A stretch of 64,000 bases of DNA from Candidatus Heimdallarchaeota archaeon (GCA_018238545.1 JABCTC010000003.1:58876-122875); one strand, 5' to 3'; shown: positions 18,009 through 28,076, counted from the first letter of the stretch. The notes: generated by a model from the letters alone, not told the origin. Numbers and translations: made by a program.

Positions 18009-18680
18009 TTACTCTACCTCAATTTTATAGTCTTTCTTCTTATTTTTATCTTCTTTAACTTCAATGATTACTTCTAGAACACCGTTTTTGTATTTGGCTT
18101 TAGCTGTATTGATGAGAACAGCAACTGGCAAACTTACGGATTTTTCATACTTTCGGGATTGAGAATGAGCTTTTATTGTGAGAGTTCTTTCAGATCCACT
18201 TAATTTTATATCTCCTTTGTTGATCCCTGGTACTTCCGCGATTACTCTTACTTTGTCTTCTTCTTTGAAAACATCAATTAGCGGTTCTCTAACATCTGTA
18301 GCTTCAATATCCCCATATGCTTTAGGTTTTAGGTTTCCAAATTGGCCAAAACTGGGCTTTCCATCAGGTCCAATCCCGATGTTGAAACCAAAGACATATG
18401 GATTATTCATTATATCTTCAAGATTTCCTGAATCTATTCCCTCTTCTATATTTTTCATAAGATTTTTCATCAATTCATCCATGATTTTTCCAAAGGAGGA
18501 CCCCTTGAAATAAGGTAGGAACTTTTCCATTATTTCATCTATATTACCAAACTCTCCACTTATTTTAGATAAATCGAAAGGAAAAGCGAAATCATCATCT
18601 TTATCATCTTCGGGTTTTTTCTTTTTCTTTTTATTTTCATCATCATTTGAGTTCAAGTTACTGCACCTATGTTTACACAT
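18009..18680 (-). CDS. hsp20: Archaeal small heat-shock protein Hsp20
   Basis: PYVFGFNIGIGPDGKP...FGN, REPLIDV, AEVPG, AKYKNGVLEV, C-terminal IEV. Confidence 0.92.
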   Translation of the reverse strand: MCKHRCSNLNSNDDENKKKKKKPEDDKDDDFAFPFDLSKISGEFGNIDEIMEKFLPYFKGSSFGKIMDELMKNLMKNIEEGIDSGNLEDIMNNPYVFGFNIGIGPDGKPSFGQFGNLKPKAYGDIEATDVREPLIDVFKEEDKVRVIAEVPGINKGDIKLSGSERTLTIKAHSQSRKYEKSVSLPVAVLINTAKAKYKNGVLEVIIEVKEDKNKKKDYKIEVE

Positions 18681-18762
18681 TGAAAACTTAGTTCTCTAAT
18701 TATTTAAACCCGATTATTTGAAGAAAATAAAAAATGAGAAATAATTAGAAAGAGAAAAAGGA

Positions 18763-20298
18763 TTATGCTTTTAGTCCTTTTCTAGCTTTTTCCAAAGCTC
18801 TATCTGGATCAGAATTATATTCTTGAATAACAGACGCTACATCTTCGAAGTATCTGATACGTTTCTTAACCATCCATCGGAGAATAGTTTTTCTTCTTTC
18901 TAATTCATCGAAGATATCTTGTTCTTCCAATCCTGTTATTTCCATAATTTTCTCGAGAACGTAACTTCTCCCAAAGTAGATGAAAGTATCATCTTTTGGA
19001 TTCCACTGGAACAATTTATTTGTCAGTATTTCTTCTGTTACGGGGTCAAGACCAATCAATTCTGTTATTGATTGGGTTCTACGAGCAAATTTAGATTGCA
19101 ATCGGACTTTACGAATAACATGGATTAAATCAAGAGATTTCATCATTGAACGTGGAATATTCATTGGTTTACTTTCTAATCTGTGGATGATACCTTCAAC
19201 AGAGTCACCATGAATAGTTCCCAGACCTCTGTGACCTGTACTCATTGCTTGGAACATAGCATAAGCTTCACCACCACGGATTTCTCCCACGATAATATAG
19301 TCAGGTCTCTGTCTCATGGCCGCACGAAGCAATTCATACATAGAAATCTGACCTCTTCTGTATCCAGTTTCAGTCGCTTCACCGAAACCTGAACGCACGA
19401 CACTTGGTATCCAGTTCTCGTGTGCAAGATTCAATTCTGCTGTATCTTCAATGGTTATAATCTTCAAATCTGGTTTAATCATCATAGATATGGTATTTAG
19501 TAGAGTGGTTTTACCAGCTGCAGTGCCCCCTGCAATGAGAGTGCTGACATTGTGTTCCATTGTGAACCAATAATATGCAGCTATGTCTAAATCTATTGTA
19601 TTGTATAGAATAAGATCTGTTATTGTGAATGGATCTGCTTTGAATTTTCTTGCTGTGAATGTAGATCCTCTTTGAGTAACTTCTTTTCCATAAGTTAGTT
19701 GGATTCTACTACCATCTGGTAGAGAAGCATCCAACAGTGGATTAGCTATACTAATATGTCTGTTTGCTCTTTGAGCCAATTTTATGATGAAACTATCCAA
19801 AATTTCTGCATTGTCAAAAGAAACATTGGTAGAAATAGATTCATATTTCCTGTGCCATACATAGATTGGGATACCTATGCCGTCACATGAGATGTCTTCT
19901 ATATTTGGATCTAACATAAAAGGTTGGATTTTTCCGTAACCTATAAGATCTCGAGCTAGATAATACATGATTTTCTCAAATTGTGATTCATTTAGTGAAA
20001 TACGATATCGTTTAATTATATCAACAATTTTCTTTTTAAGAAACTCTTCAGCTTTTTCTGTAGATTTTAAAACGGAAAGATCAACATCAAGTTCATCAAT
20101 CATAATATCCAAGATTTTCTTGTAGATTGCTTGTTCTTTGCTGTCAAGTGGGATTTCAACAACCATATATTGTGTTCTTTTAGAAACTGGGTCAGTTTGG
20201 ATTAGTACATAGGAAAATGGAGGACTGACAGGATATGTTTCTTCAAGAATCGGAACAGCAGCTGTATCAGTAAAAGCTTCGCCTGTATCTTCTTGCAT
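18763..20298 (-). CDS. Type IV pilus assembly ATPase (TadA/VirB11/ArlI family)
   Basis: DPNIEDISCDG, Walker A GGTAAGKTT, IEDTAEL, RQRPDYIIVGEIRGGEA, TGH...TIH. Confidence 0.95.
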   Translation of the reverse strand: MQEDTGEAFTDTAAVPILEETYPVSPPFSYVLIQTDPVSKRTQYMVVEIPLDSKEQAIYKKILDIMIDELDVDLSVLKSTEKAEEFLKKKIVDIIKRYRISLNESQFEKIMYYLARDLIGYGKIQPFMLDPNIEDISCDGIGIPIYVWHRKYESISTNVSFDNAEILDSFIIKLAQRANRHISIANPLLDASLPDGSRIQLTYGKEVTQRGSTFTARKFKADPFTITDLILYNTIDLDIAAYYWFTMEHNVSTLIAGGTAAGKTTLLNTISMMIKPDLKIITIEDTAELNLAHENWIPSVVRSGFGEATETGYRRGQISMYELLRAAMRQRPDYIIVGEIRGGEAYAMFQAMSTGHRGLGTIHGDSVEGIIHRLESKPMNIPRSMMKSLDLIHVIRKVRLQSKFARRTQSITELIGLDPVTEEILTNKLFQWNPKDDTFIYFGRSYVLEKIMEITGLEEQDIFDELERRKTILRWMVKKRIRYFEDVASVIQEYNSDPDRALEKARKGLKA

Positions 20299-20407
20299 AA
20301 AATATTATTATGATTTACTCTTTTTAAATGTATTTTTCATATTAGATGTAAAGTTAATCAAAAAAACTGTTTGTGGACTAAAATTTAAGAAAAAAATAAG
20401 AAGTTTT

Positions 20408-20872
20408 TTAGTCTTCTAAAATTATGTTACTGGTTATACCATTATAAGTGAATCTTACTCTTGGAACTTCTCCCGTACTTTCTATTAATCCTGATATTGA
20501 AATACTTTCAGGAGATATTAACAATGATACTGTTACAGAAACATCTGTATTACCAATTAAGCTTGCTTTTAGAGAGTAAGTTAGATTATTGAAAATTACT
20601 TCTATTTTATATTCTTCTTCTTGTATTTGTTCTGGAATAGCCAACATTATATGTATGTCAAGCTCTGTTGCACCTTGAGCTATTTGCTGTTGTGCACTCT
20701 CCTTGAGACCATATATTGATTCAGCAATGTTTTGGAGAATATTTTCCATTCCCGTTTCTATGGCCCTGTCTTCCATAGAATTATTTATCGAAATCATTGT
20801 AACAGAAATCCCTCCAATAGCTAGGGATCCAACAAGAAGTATTGATAGATACATAATATATTCGCTTGGCAT
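20408..20872 (-). CDS. Pilin-like protein (N-terminal hydrophobic helix, no basic leader)
   Basis: MPSEYIMYLSILLVGSLAIGGI; IPEQIQEEEYKI resembles archaeal minor pilins; lies between a pilin and the ATPase. Confidence 0.6.
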   Translation of the reverse strand: MPSEYIMYLSILLVGSLAIGGISVTMISINNSMEDRAIETGMENILQNIAESIYGLKESAQQQIAQGATELDIHIMLAIPEQIQEEEYKIEVIFNNLTYSLKASLIGNTDVSVTVSLLISPESISISGLIESTGEVPRVRFTYNGITSNIILED

Positions 20873-20881
20873 TTTATTCTC

Positions 20882-21739
20882 CTATGTCAATGTTACAGAT
20901 ACTAACATGTTTATTATATTTATTCTAATTAAATGGCTTATAAAAGCTGGGTTAGCTGGATAGTATATTGGATACTCGTATTGGAAAAAACCTCCACCAT
21001 GTAATATACGAATCTCACTATAAATATCATTTACAAAGCTTACGTCCTCTAGCTCTTGCTTTTCAGTTCCTAAATAATTTAACTGCATTGTTACAAAATG
21101 AGCAGTAGTTCTTTCTTGTGAAGTTTCATTTAGGAATAATTTAATATTAATTATATCAAGATTATAGATTTCGGTAGCTCCTTCTGTTGTGTAATGTGTT
21201 GATAAAACATATCTGTAGTAAAGTGCTAAATCTAAATAATTCGAAGCGTACACCGATCTTGTTGCATTAATTACAGTAATATCATTGTAAAGGGTACTGG
21301 AACCGTTTAAAAATACGTAATCTTGATTTTCAGGACCAACAATATATCTATGCTCTCCTACATCATAATCAGCTACAGCTGTACTTCTGTGCACAATTCT
21401 TGTAATATTTTCCTCAAAAAGGAGTTCGTTCTGTGCCCCGGTTACATCTTTGAGTAGAAATATGACTAACCAGCTTGAATCAACATATAGTTCCCCTATT
21501 TCTTGGTTGAAGTAAAACTGTCTATCGCCTGGTGGTGGGCTATTGACGAGGTCTTGTATCGTGGCATCTAGTGCGACATAATACAAGTTGTTGCTGTTGT
21601 TGTAACTTTTATCTTTGAATCCGTTGATACTAGGCATCATATACACCAATGATATGCCTATTGCAGCGGTAGTTAATACAAACATCAATATAATTGCAAC
21701 AATTGGAGAAACCGCTCGTTTTTTCTTCATGAATTTCAT
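20882..21739 (-). CDS. Pilin/archaellin-type protein with class III signal peptide
   Basis: KKKRA-VSPIVAIILMFVLTTAAI, a canonical prepilin peptidase site. Confidence 0.85.
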   Translation of the reverse strand: MKFMKKKRAVSPIVAIILMFVLTTAAIGISLVYMMPSINGFKDKSYNNSNNLYYVALDATIQDLVNSPPPGDRQFYFNQEIGELYVDSSWLVIFLLKDVTGAQNELLFEENITRIVHRSTAVADYDVGEHRYIVGPENQDYVFLNGSSTLYNDITVINATRSVYASNYLDLALYYRYVLSTHYTTEGATEIYNLDIINIKLFLNETSQERTTAHFVTMQLNYLGTEKQELEDVSFVNDIYSEIRILHGGGFFQYEYPIYYPANPAFISHLIRINIINMLVSVTLT

Positions 21740-22070
21740 TGTATAAAGTTACAATAATGTGCACCAATTAAAATTTATCGGAAACAGTAAGCTGTTTTTT
21801 GTGTAAGGCAAACTATTTTCAACTTCTCTTTTATATCATTTAAAAATGACTGCTTTTTCTAAGTTTTTTAATCCTTAGAGATTTCTCTCTCCAAAGCCTT
21901 AAATCAACTTTAGCGAGTGTTATAAACGCTTAAATAGTGTATTATATTTCCTATTATAAACATCTGTAACAACAAAATTGCTAGTATCTCTCCAAGATTG
22001 CAAGTAATTTGGTGTTCTGAATTTCGGGGTTTAAAAATCAATTTGTTTACTAAAATAATAAGGGGATACA

Positions 22071-25000
22071 ATGACTGCAATCGAATTAACTAAAAATGCT
22101 TTAATAGTTTTAGAAAAACGCTATCTGTTACGCGATGAAAACAAGAAACCGTTGGAAACACCAGAAGGGTTGTTTAAACGCGTAGCGGATTTCATAGGAG
22201 AAACAGATGAAGAAAAAGAGAAATTCTTTGAATTGATGGCCTCACTAAAGTTCCTTCCAAATTCTCCTACGTTAATGAACGCAGGCACTAAGCTAGGAAT
22301 GTTGTCGGCTTGTTTTGTCCTTCCAGTAGAAGATGATATGACATCGATATTTGATGCAGTGAAGCATGCAGCTTTAATTCAACAAGGGGGAGGCGGGACA
22401 GGTTTTAGCTTCAGCAAAATTAGACCAACAAATGATGTGGTTAAGACAACTGGAGGAGTAGCTTGTTTCCCTTCATCTGTTCGCATTCATACAGATAAAG
22501 GATTAATGAAAATAGACGATATAATGAAATTTAATGGCTCAATCAAGGCTCTTACTCATAAAGGTTTTCGCAAAATAACTAACAAATATGAAAATGGAAT
22601 AGCTACAATCTATGAAGTAGAAGTTTCGAATGGTTATGTTTTGAGAACAACTTCTAATCATAAATATTCAACGATCAAACAAGGTAATATAATCTTAAAA
22701 CCTTTATCTGAACTTAAAGAAGATGATCAACTACTTCTTCTTGCAAATGAAGTGGAAGAAAACAGTCCTAGTGTCATAGCATTAACAACTAAAATATCTG
22801 AAAATGAAGATTATTCAATCGAACTAGATGAAGATTTAGCCTATTTGATAGGTCTAACCTACGCTGATGGAAATATTGTAAATGATGGTCGTCATTATTC
22901 TATCAATATTTCTTTAAATATAAATCAGAACGATGTAATTGACAAAATTAGAAATATTTCTAAAAAAAGATTTGATTATGATATCAAGGAATACAAGAGG
23001 GAAAAATTTAACAGAGTAGAATTAAGAATTCATGGAAAAAAATATGTGAAACTTTTAGAAGAGAACCAACTTCTAAAAGAGAAGTGTGAGAAAATAAAAA
23101 TTCCTGAGAAAATATTTCAGAGCCCATTTAAAGTTGTTTGCTCATTTATTGCTGGCTATTTTGATGGAGACGGTAATGTTGGAACGGATGGTAGAATAAG
23201 TATCAAAACAGTTTCTAAGCAAATGAGTGATGATTTTGCATTAATAGTTACAAGATTGGGTGTTTTGACTACTAGTTTTCGGGATGAATCTAATTTTGTA
23301 ACTAGAAATAACAAGGTGTCATACAGACTATCCATTCCTACAGCAATATTCAAAGAAAGGTTTGTACGATACATCTCTAAATATTCCATGAAACTTCGAG
23401 ACTATGAATTAAAAAAAGGATCGACAAATAGAAAGTTTTCATATCCATTCAACATTCTTCAGAAAATAAGTAATCCAAAAACAAGAGCTAAAATCTCAAA
23501 AACCATAATTCCATATAATAATAAAGTTACAACTAGAAAAGCTCTTAGAAGATTGTTAGATGAAAACGAGATCTCTAATCTTTCTCAAAAAGAGTTACTA
23601 TATATAGAAAAACTAGACAAATTATATCCTGTTAAGATAAAAAGAATTACAGAAATAGGAAAAGAGGCAGTTTATAATCTAGAGGTTCATGAGGTAAATC
23701 GTCTTTCTGCAAATGGTTTTTATGTTTCCAATTCGGGACCAATTTCTTTTATGGAAGTTTTCAATGCAGCAACAAATACAATAAAACAAGGGGGGTGTGT
23801 TGCTACAGATAGTTTGATCCGTACAGATACAGGTTCCATACCAATTGGAGAGCTCCTTAACTGTCCACCTTTAAGTGATAATCCTACTAAATCCCTAGTA
23901 TATGATGGCGAAGATTTTAATCATGCATATATTTCCATGGACAATAGCATCGCTGAAGTAATAAAAATAACCACAGATATAGGTATAGAAATAAAACCAA
24001 CTTACAACCATCTTATTGCATCCATAAACGAGGAAGGTGATTTTGTTTGGAAGGAAGCAGAAAATCTAAAGGTGGGTGATTGGTTAGTTATCTCATTAGA
24101 TGGGCACTGTGGGAGCGATGCTTTTCTACCTTCCATCAAAAAACAGCATCATAATGCTAATCCGATAGTTATTCCAGAAAAAATAACACCTGAACTTGGA
24201 GAGATTTTAGGTTTATACATGGCAGATGGTTGTATCAGTACGCAAGGAAGAATAGTTTTCAGTTTAGGCAATAAGGATCCTGACTTAATTCAAAGGATTA
24301 AAGATCTTATGATAAAAACATTTAACCTTCCTGTGGGCATGGTTGATGATAAGAACACTTATTCTGATTTATTCTTTTATTCTAAAGATTTATGCAAATA
24401 CTTTGAGAAAATGAACTGGAAGAAAACCTCTTCAGCTGATGCTTTTGTTCCACAAATCATATTTCAATCCTCTATTTCTGTTGCTAAAAGCTTCATTAGA
24501 GGTTTGTTTTCTGGCGATGGGGATGTACATGTTGATGGTTATCCACGTTATCACTCAATTTCAGGGACTTTAGTGAAAAAACTTCAGCAATTATTGCTTG
24601 GTCTGGGAGTTGTTTCCTCAATTTCGTTAAATAAAAACCGTTTAGGAAGTTTTGGAGACAAACCAATTTATTGTCTCTCCATTGTTCCTGAGAGGAGCTT
24701 GAAAATCTTCAAGGATGAGATAGGTTTCGCAGTTAGTAGAAAAAATAATCTCCTAAGAGAAAGGTTTCCTCAGAAAGCATTTGAATATGTGGACTATATT
24801 CCACATCAAGGTTCTAAATTAAAACAAAAGTATAACTATGTGGGAGCTGGAACTAATAAGGGTATAACTAAACGAGGGGCAGATAAGGTATTCTATAGAG
24901 CGATCTATCATTACATCTCAAAATCCCCTAATTCATACAGAAATATTACAAGAAAGAGACTTCTCATATTATTTGAAAAATTCCCCTTTTTGAGGGAAGA

Positions 25001-28000
25001 TTCACATTTCAAAGAAATTTCGAATCCAAGATACTATTATTCCCAAGTTCGTTCTATTGAAAAAGAAGATTGCTATACTATGGATATCGAAGTATCAGGT
25101 TCAAATAAATTTGTGGCAAATGGTGTATTAGTTCATAACCGTCGTCGTGGAGCGAACATGGGCATTCTCAGAGTTGATCATCCTGATATTCTCGAATTTA
25201 TTTCCTGCAAAGAAGATCAAACTAAATTAACTAATTTCAACATCTCTATTGCAATAACAGATGTTTTCATGAAAGCAGTAGATGAGAACAGTGATTATGA
25301 TTTAATAAATCCTAGAAATAAAGAAATTGTCGGCAAACTAGATGCAAGAGGAGTTTTTGATAAAATAGTAGAAATGTCCTGGAAAAATGGAGAGCCAGGG
25401 ATGGTTTTCATCGATAGAATAAACAGAGACAATCCAACACCAGAAATAGGAGAAATTGAGAGCACGAATCCTTGTGTGACAGGTGATACTCTTATTTCAA
25501 CTGAAAAAGGATTAATGAGGATGGAGAAGCTAGTAGAGCAATATGGAGAAGGGGGCATAGCAATTGCTACAGACAATCGTGTTCCTGTTCAAGTTCCCAA
25601 TGGTGATGGAACTGTTAGTCTGATGGAAGTTAAAGAAAAAGGTGTAACTCTAAGACCAATTACAAGAGCTTTTTCTACAGGTATAAAAGACGTTTATAAA
25701 CTTGTTACAAAAGCAGGCTACGAGCTTAAAGCTACAGCTGATCATAAAATGGTAACCAATGAAGGTTGGGTTGAACTCAAGAATCTTGATCCAGCCAAAC
25801 ATCAGATCTTGCTACAGTCGGGAAAAGGATCATTTAATTCTTCGTATGATTTACCCTTTGAAGTACAAAACAATTTTATTGGTAAAAATGGTAGGTCTTA
25901 TTCCTTTAACTTTCCAACAAAATGGTCTAAAGAACTAGGTCAAACATTAGGTTGGCTTATAGGTGATGGATGGTTACGGGCAGGAGACAAAAATTGTCGT
26001 GTTGGGTTTACTTTTGGTGAAAGAGATAAGAAAATTATGTGGCATCTCAAACCCTTCATTAACAAGTGGTATGGTTCAGAAATAGAGGAAATTAAAAGAA
26101 AGAATAACGTTTATCATCTTTCTTACCATTCGAAATATTTTGTAGAATTTTTCAAAAAATTAGGCGTTAAACCAGTCAAAGCAGGTGAAAAGGTTGTTCC
26201 AGAAACAATATTTACTGCTCCTGAAGAAGCAGTAATTGGTTTCTTACAAGGATTATTCAGTGCAGATGGAACAGTAAATTATAGAGAAGATCATTCATCT
26301 TATGTCAGATTGACATCCAAATCAAGATTGCTCTTGAGTGAAGTGCAGATATTATTAGCTAATTTTGGAATTAAATCCAGAATCTATAACAGAAGTAGAA
26401 AAGCAAGGCAAGTATTCAATTATATCTCAAAATCAGGAGAAAAAAGAAACTACATCAGCGATGGTATCTGTTTTGAACTAGAGATTTCAAGAAAAAGTGT
26501 TTTACGCTTCTTATCAGAGATAGGATTTCTTCAAGGATTACATAAAAAGAAAATAGTTAAGTTTTCTCATAAAAATTTCAGAGAAGATATCTATCTTGAG
26601 AAAATCAAATCAATCAAAAAAGTAGGTAAAGAAAGAGTATATGATTTAACCGAACCAAAAACCTTAACCTTCATTACAGGCGCTCTAGTGACCGTTGATT
26701 GCGGCGAACAACCACTTTTGTCCTACGAATCTTGCAATTTAGGTTCTATCAATCTTCTTAAGCACGTCAAAGATTCTGCTCTTGATTGGTCTCTTTTAGA
26801 GGATTCCATTCGTTTAGCTGTTCGTTTTCTTGACAATGTTATTGACAGGAATCAATACATTCTTCCTGAAATTGAACACATGACTAAAACCAACCGCAAG
26901 ATCGGTCTTGGCATCATGGGCTTTGCTGATGTTTTGGTCTCTCTTGGCATTTCTTATAATTCTAAAAAAGCTCTAGATTTAGCAAATAAAATTATGTCTT
27001 TCCTTCAAGAAAAAGCAAGAGATGAATCATCCAAACTGGGTAAAGAACGTGGTAATTTTCCTAATTTTGAGAAGAGTATTTACAAGGATAATTATGAATA
27101 CATGAGAAACGCTACAACAACTACAATTGCCCCAACTGGGACTATATCCCTTATAGCTGGATGCTCCAGTGGAATAGAACCTTATTACGCAATAGCTTTT
27201 ACTCGCAATGTCCTAGATGGCAAGAAATTGTTTGAAGCTAATCCGCTTTTTGAAGAACAATTAAAAGCAAAAAATATTTACTCTGAGGAACTTCTAGAAA
27301 AAGTTTCAAGTACAAACTCAATCCAAGAATTAGAAGAAATACCAAAGAAAATACGACAGCTGTTTGTAACTACTCACGATATAACTCCTGCAGATCATAT
27401 CGAAATGCAAGCAGTCTTTCAAGACTATGTTGACAATGCCGTCTCAAAAACTATCAATTTCTCTACTACAGCAACTAAAGAAGATATAGCTGAATCCTTT
27501 TTACTTGCCTATAAGAAGGGTTGTAAAGGAATAACAGTCTACCGAGATGGTTCGAGAAAATATCAAGTATTATCAACAAAGAAAACTGAAGCAAAATCAA
27601 AGTTGGAAGATCAAATTAGGCACATAGAAAAACTTGAACCTCGAGAAAGACCTGAGATAACTATTGGTCAAACTCACAAGATAAGAGCAGGTTGTGGTAA
27701 TCTCTATGTTACGGTTAATCAAGATGATGAAGGGGTCTGTGAGGTTTTTGTGCAAGTTGGTAAAAGTGGTGGGTGTATAGCAAGTCAAAGTGAAGCGGTA
27801 GGTCGGTTGATTTCCTTATCCCTTAGATCTGGGGTAAAAGTTGAATCTGTAGTAGATCACCTCGCTGGTATAAGGTGCCCCAGCCCTAACTTCTATCAAG
27901 GTAAAACAGTCTTGTCTTGCGCTGATGGTATATCTCAAGTTTTAGCAAATTACATTAATGGTGATCACGTTGTTAAGCATAACGGACTAATCGCTTGTCC

Positions 28001-28076
28001 TGACTGTGGTGGGATGTTAGACTTCGCCGAGGGGTGCTATACTTGCAGACAATGTGGTTTCAGTAAGTGTGATTAG
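22071..28076 (+). CDS. nrdJ: Adenosylcobalamin-dependent (class II) ribonucleotide reductase with three inteins (mature about 721 aa)
   Basis: FLPNSPTLMNAG, LSACFV, GGGTGFSFS, RRGANMG, TNP/CGEQPL, TTIAPTGT, GCKGITVYRDGSR, C-terminal TSCPD-like domain and Zn ribbon. Confidence 0.97.
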   Translation: MTAIELTKNALIVLEKRYLLRDENKKPLETPEGLFKRVADFIGETDEEKEKFFELMASLKFLPNSPTLMNAGTKLGMLSACFVLPVEDDMTSIFDAVKHAALIQQGGGGTGFSFSKIRPTNDVVKTTGGVACFPSSVRIHTDKGLMKIDDIMKFNGSIKALTHKGFRKITNKYENGIATIYEVEVSNGYVLRTTSNHKYSTIKQGNIILKPLSELKEDDQLLLLANEVEENSPSVIALTTKISENEDYSIELDEDLAYLIGLTYADGNIVNDGRHYSINISLNINQNDVIDKIRNISKKRFDYDIKEYKREKFNRVELRIHGKKYVKLLEENQLLKEKCEKIKIPEKIFQSPFKVVCSFIAGYFDGDGNVGTDGRISIKTVSKQMSDDFALIVTRLGVLTTSFRDESNFVTRNNKVSYRLSIPTAIFKERFVRYISKYSMKLRDYELKKGSTNRKFSYPFNILQKISNPKTRAKISKTIIPYNNKVTTRKALRRLLDENEISNLSQKELLYIEKLDKLYPVKIKRITEIGKEAVYNLEVHEVNRLSANGFYVSNSGPISFMEVFNAATNTIKQGGCVATDSLIRTDTGSIPIGELLNCPPLSDNPTKSLVYDGEDFNHAYISMDNSIAEVIKITTDIGIEIKPTYNHLIASINEEGDFVWKEAENLKVGDWLVISLDGHCGSDAFLPSIKKQHHNANPIVIPEKITPELGEILGLYMADGCISTQGRIVFSLGNKDPDLIQRIKDLMIKTFNLPVGMVDDKNTYSDLFFYSKDLCKYFEKMNWKKTSSADAFVPQIIFQSSISVAKSFIRGLFSGDGDVHVDGYPRYHSISGTLVKKLQQLLLGLGVVSSISLNKNRLGSFGDKPIYCLSIVPERSLKIFKDEIGFAVSRKNNLLRERFPQKAFEYVDYIPHQGSKLKQKYNYVGAGTNKGITKRGADKVFYRAIYHYISKSPNSYRNITRKRLLILFEKFPFLREDSHFKEISNPRYYYSQVRSIEKEDCYTMDIEVSGSNKFVANGVLVHNRRRGANMGILRVDHPDILEFISCKEDQTKLTNFNISIAITDVFMKAVDENSDYDLINPRNKEIVGKLDARGVFDKIVEMSWKNGEPGMVFIDRINRDNPTPEIGEIESTNPCVTGDTLISTEKGLMRMEKLVEQYGEGGIAIATDNRVPVQVPNGDGTVSLMEVKEKGVTLRPITRAFSTGIKDVYKLVTKAGYELKATADHKMVTNEGWVELKNLDPAKHQILLQSGKGSFNSSYDLPFEVQNNFIGKNGRSYSFNFPTKWSKELGQTLGWLIGDGWLRAGDKNCRVGFTFGERDKKIMWHLKPFINKWYGSEIEEIKRKNNVYHLSYHSKYFVEFFKKLGVKPVKAGEKVVPETIFTAPEEAVIGFLQGLFSADGTVNYREDHSSYVRLTSKSRLLLSEVQILLANFGIKSRIYNRSRKARQVFNYISKSGEKRNYISDGICFELEISRKSVLRFLSEIGFLQGLHKKKIVKFSHKNFREDIYLEKIKSIKKVGKERVYDLTEPKTLTFITGALVTVDCGEQPLLSYESCNLGSINLLKHVKDSALDWSLLEDSIRLAVRFLDNVIDRNQYILPEIEHMTKTNRKIGLGIMGFADVLVSLGISYNSKKALDLANKIMSFLQEKARDESSKLGKERGNFPNFEKSIYKDNYEYMRNATTTTIAPTGTISLIAGCSSGIEPYYAIAFTRNVLDGKKLFEANPLFEEQLKAKNIYSEELLEKVSSTNSIQELEEIPKKIRQLFVTTHDITPADHIEMQAVFQDYVDNAVSKTINFSTTATKEDIAESFLLAYKKGCKGITVYRDGSRKYQVLSTKKTEAKSKLEDQIRHIEKLEPRERPEITIGQTHKIRAGCGNLYVTVNQDDEGVCEVFVQVGKSGGCIASQSEAVGRLISLSLRSGVKVESVVDHLAGIRCPSPNFYQGKTVLSCADGISQVLANYINGDHVVKHNGLIACPDCGGMLDFAEGCYTCRQCGFSKCD
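22464..23732 (+). mobile_element. Intein 1 (423 aa) with LAGLIDADG homing endonuclease
   Basis: GGVA|CFPSSVRI ... TTSNH ... LIGLTYADG, FIAGYFDGDG ... GFYVSN|SGP. Confidence 0.93.
23796..25139 (+). mobile_element. Intein 2 (448 aa) with LAGLIDADG endonuclease; +1 residue is Arg
   Basis: KQGG|CVATDSLI ... PTYNH ... LGLYMADG, FIRGLFSGDG ... GVLVHN|RRRGANMG. Confidence 0.92.
25473..26699 (+). mobile_element. Intein 3 (409 aa) with LAGLIDADG endonuclease; C-terminal Asp
   Basis: STNP|CVTGDTLI ... ATADH ... LGWLIGDG, FLQGLFSADG ... VYDLTEP...LVTVD|CGEQP. Confidence 0.93.

Noticed and set aside
13419-21739. Archaellum operon
   Set aside because: No ArlH, ArlF/G or chemotaxis genes; two short platform genes and minor-pilin-like genes fit a type IV pilus.
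21740-22070. Cobalamin riboswitch or NrdR boxes upstream of nrdJ
   Set aside because: AT-rich, with no recognisable B12-box or convincing NrdR palindrome; more likely divergent promoters.
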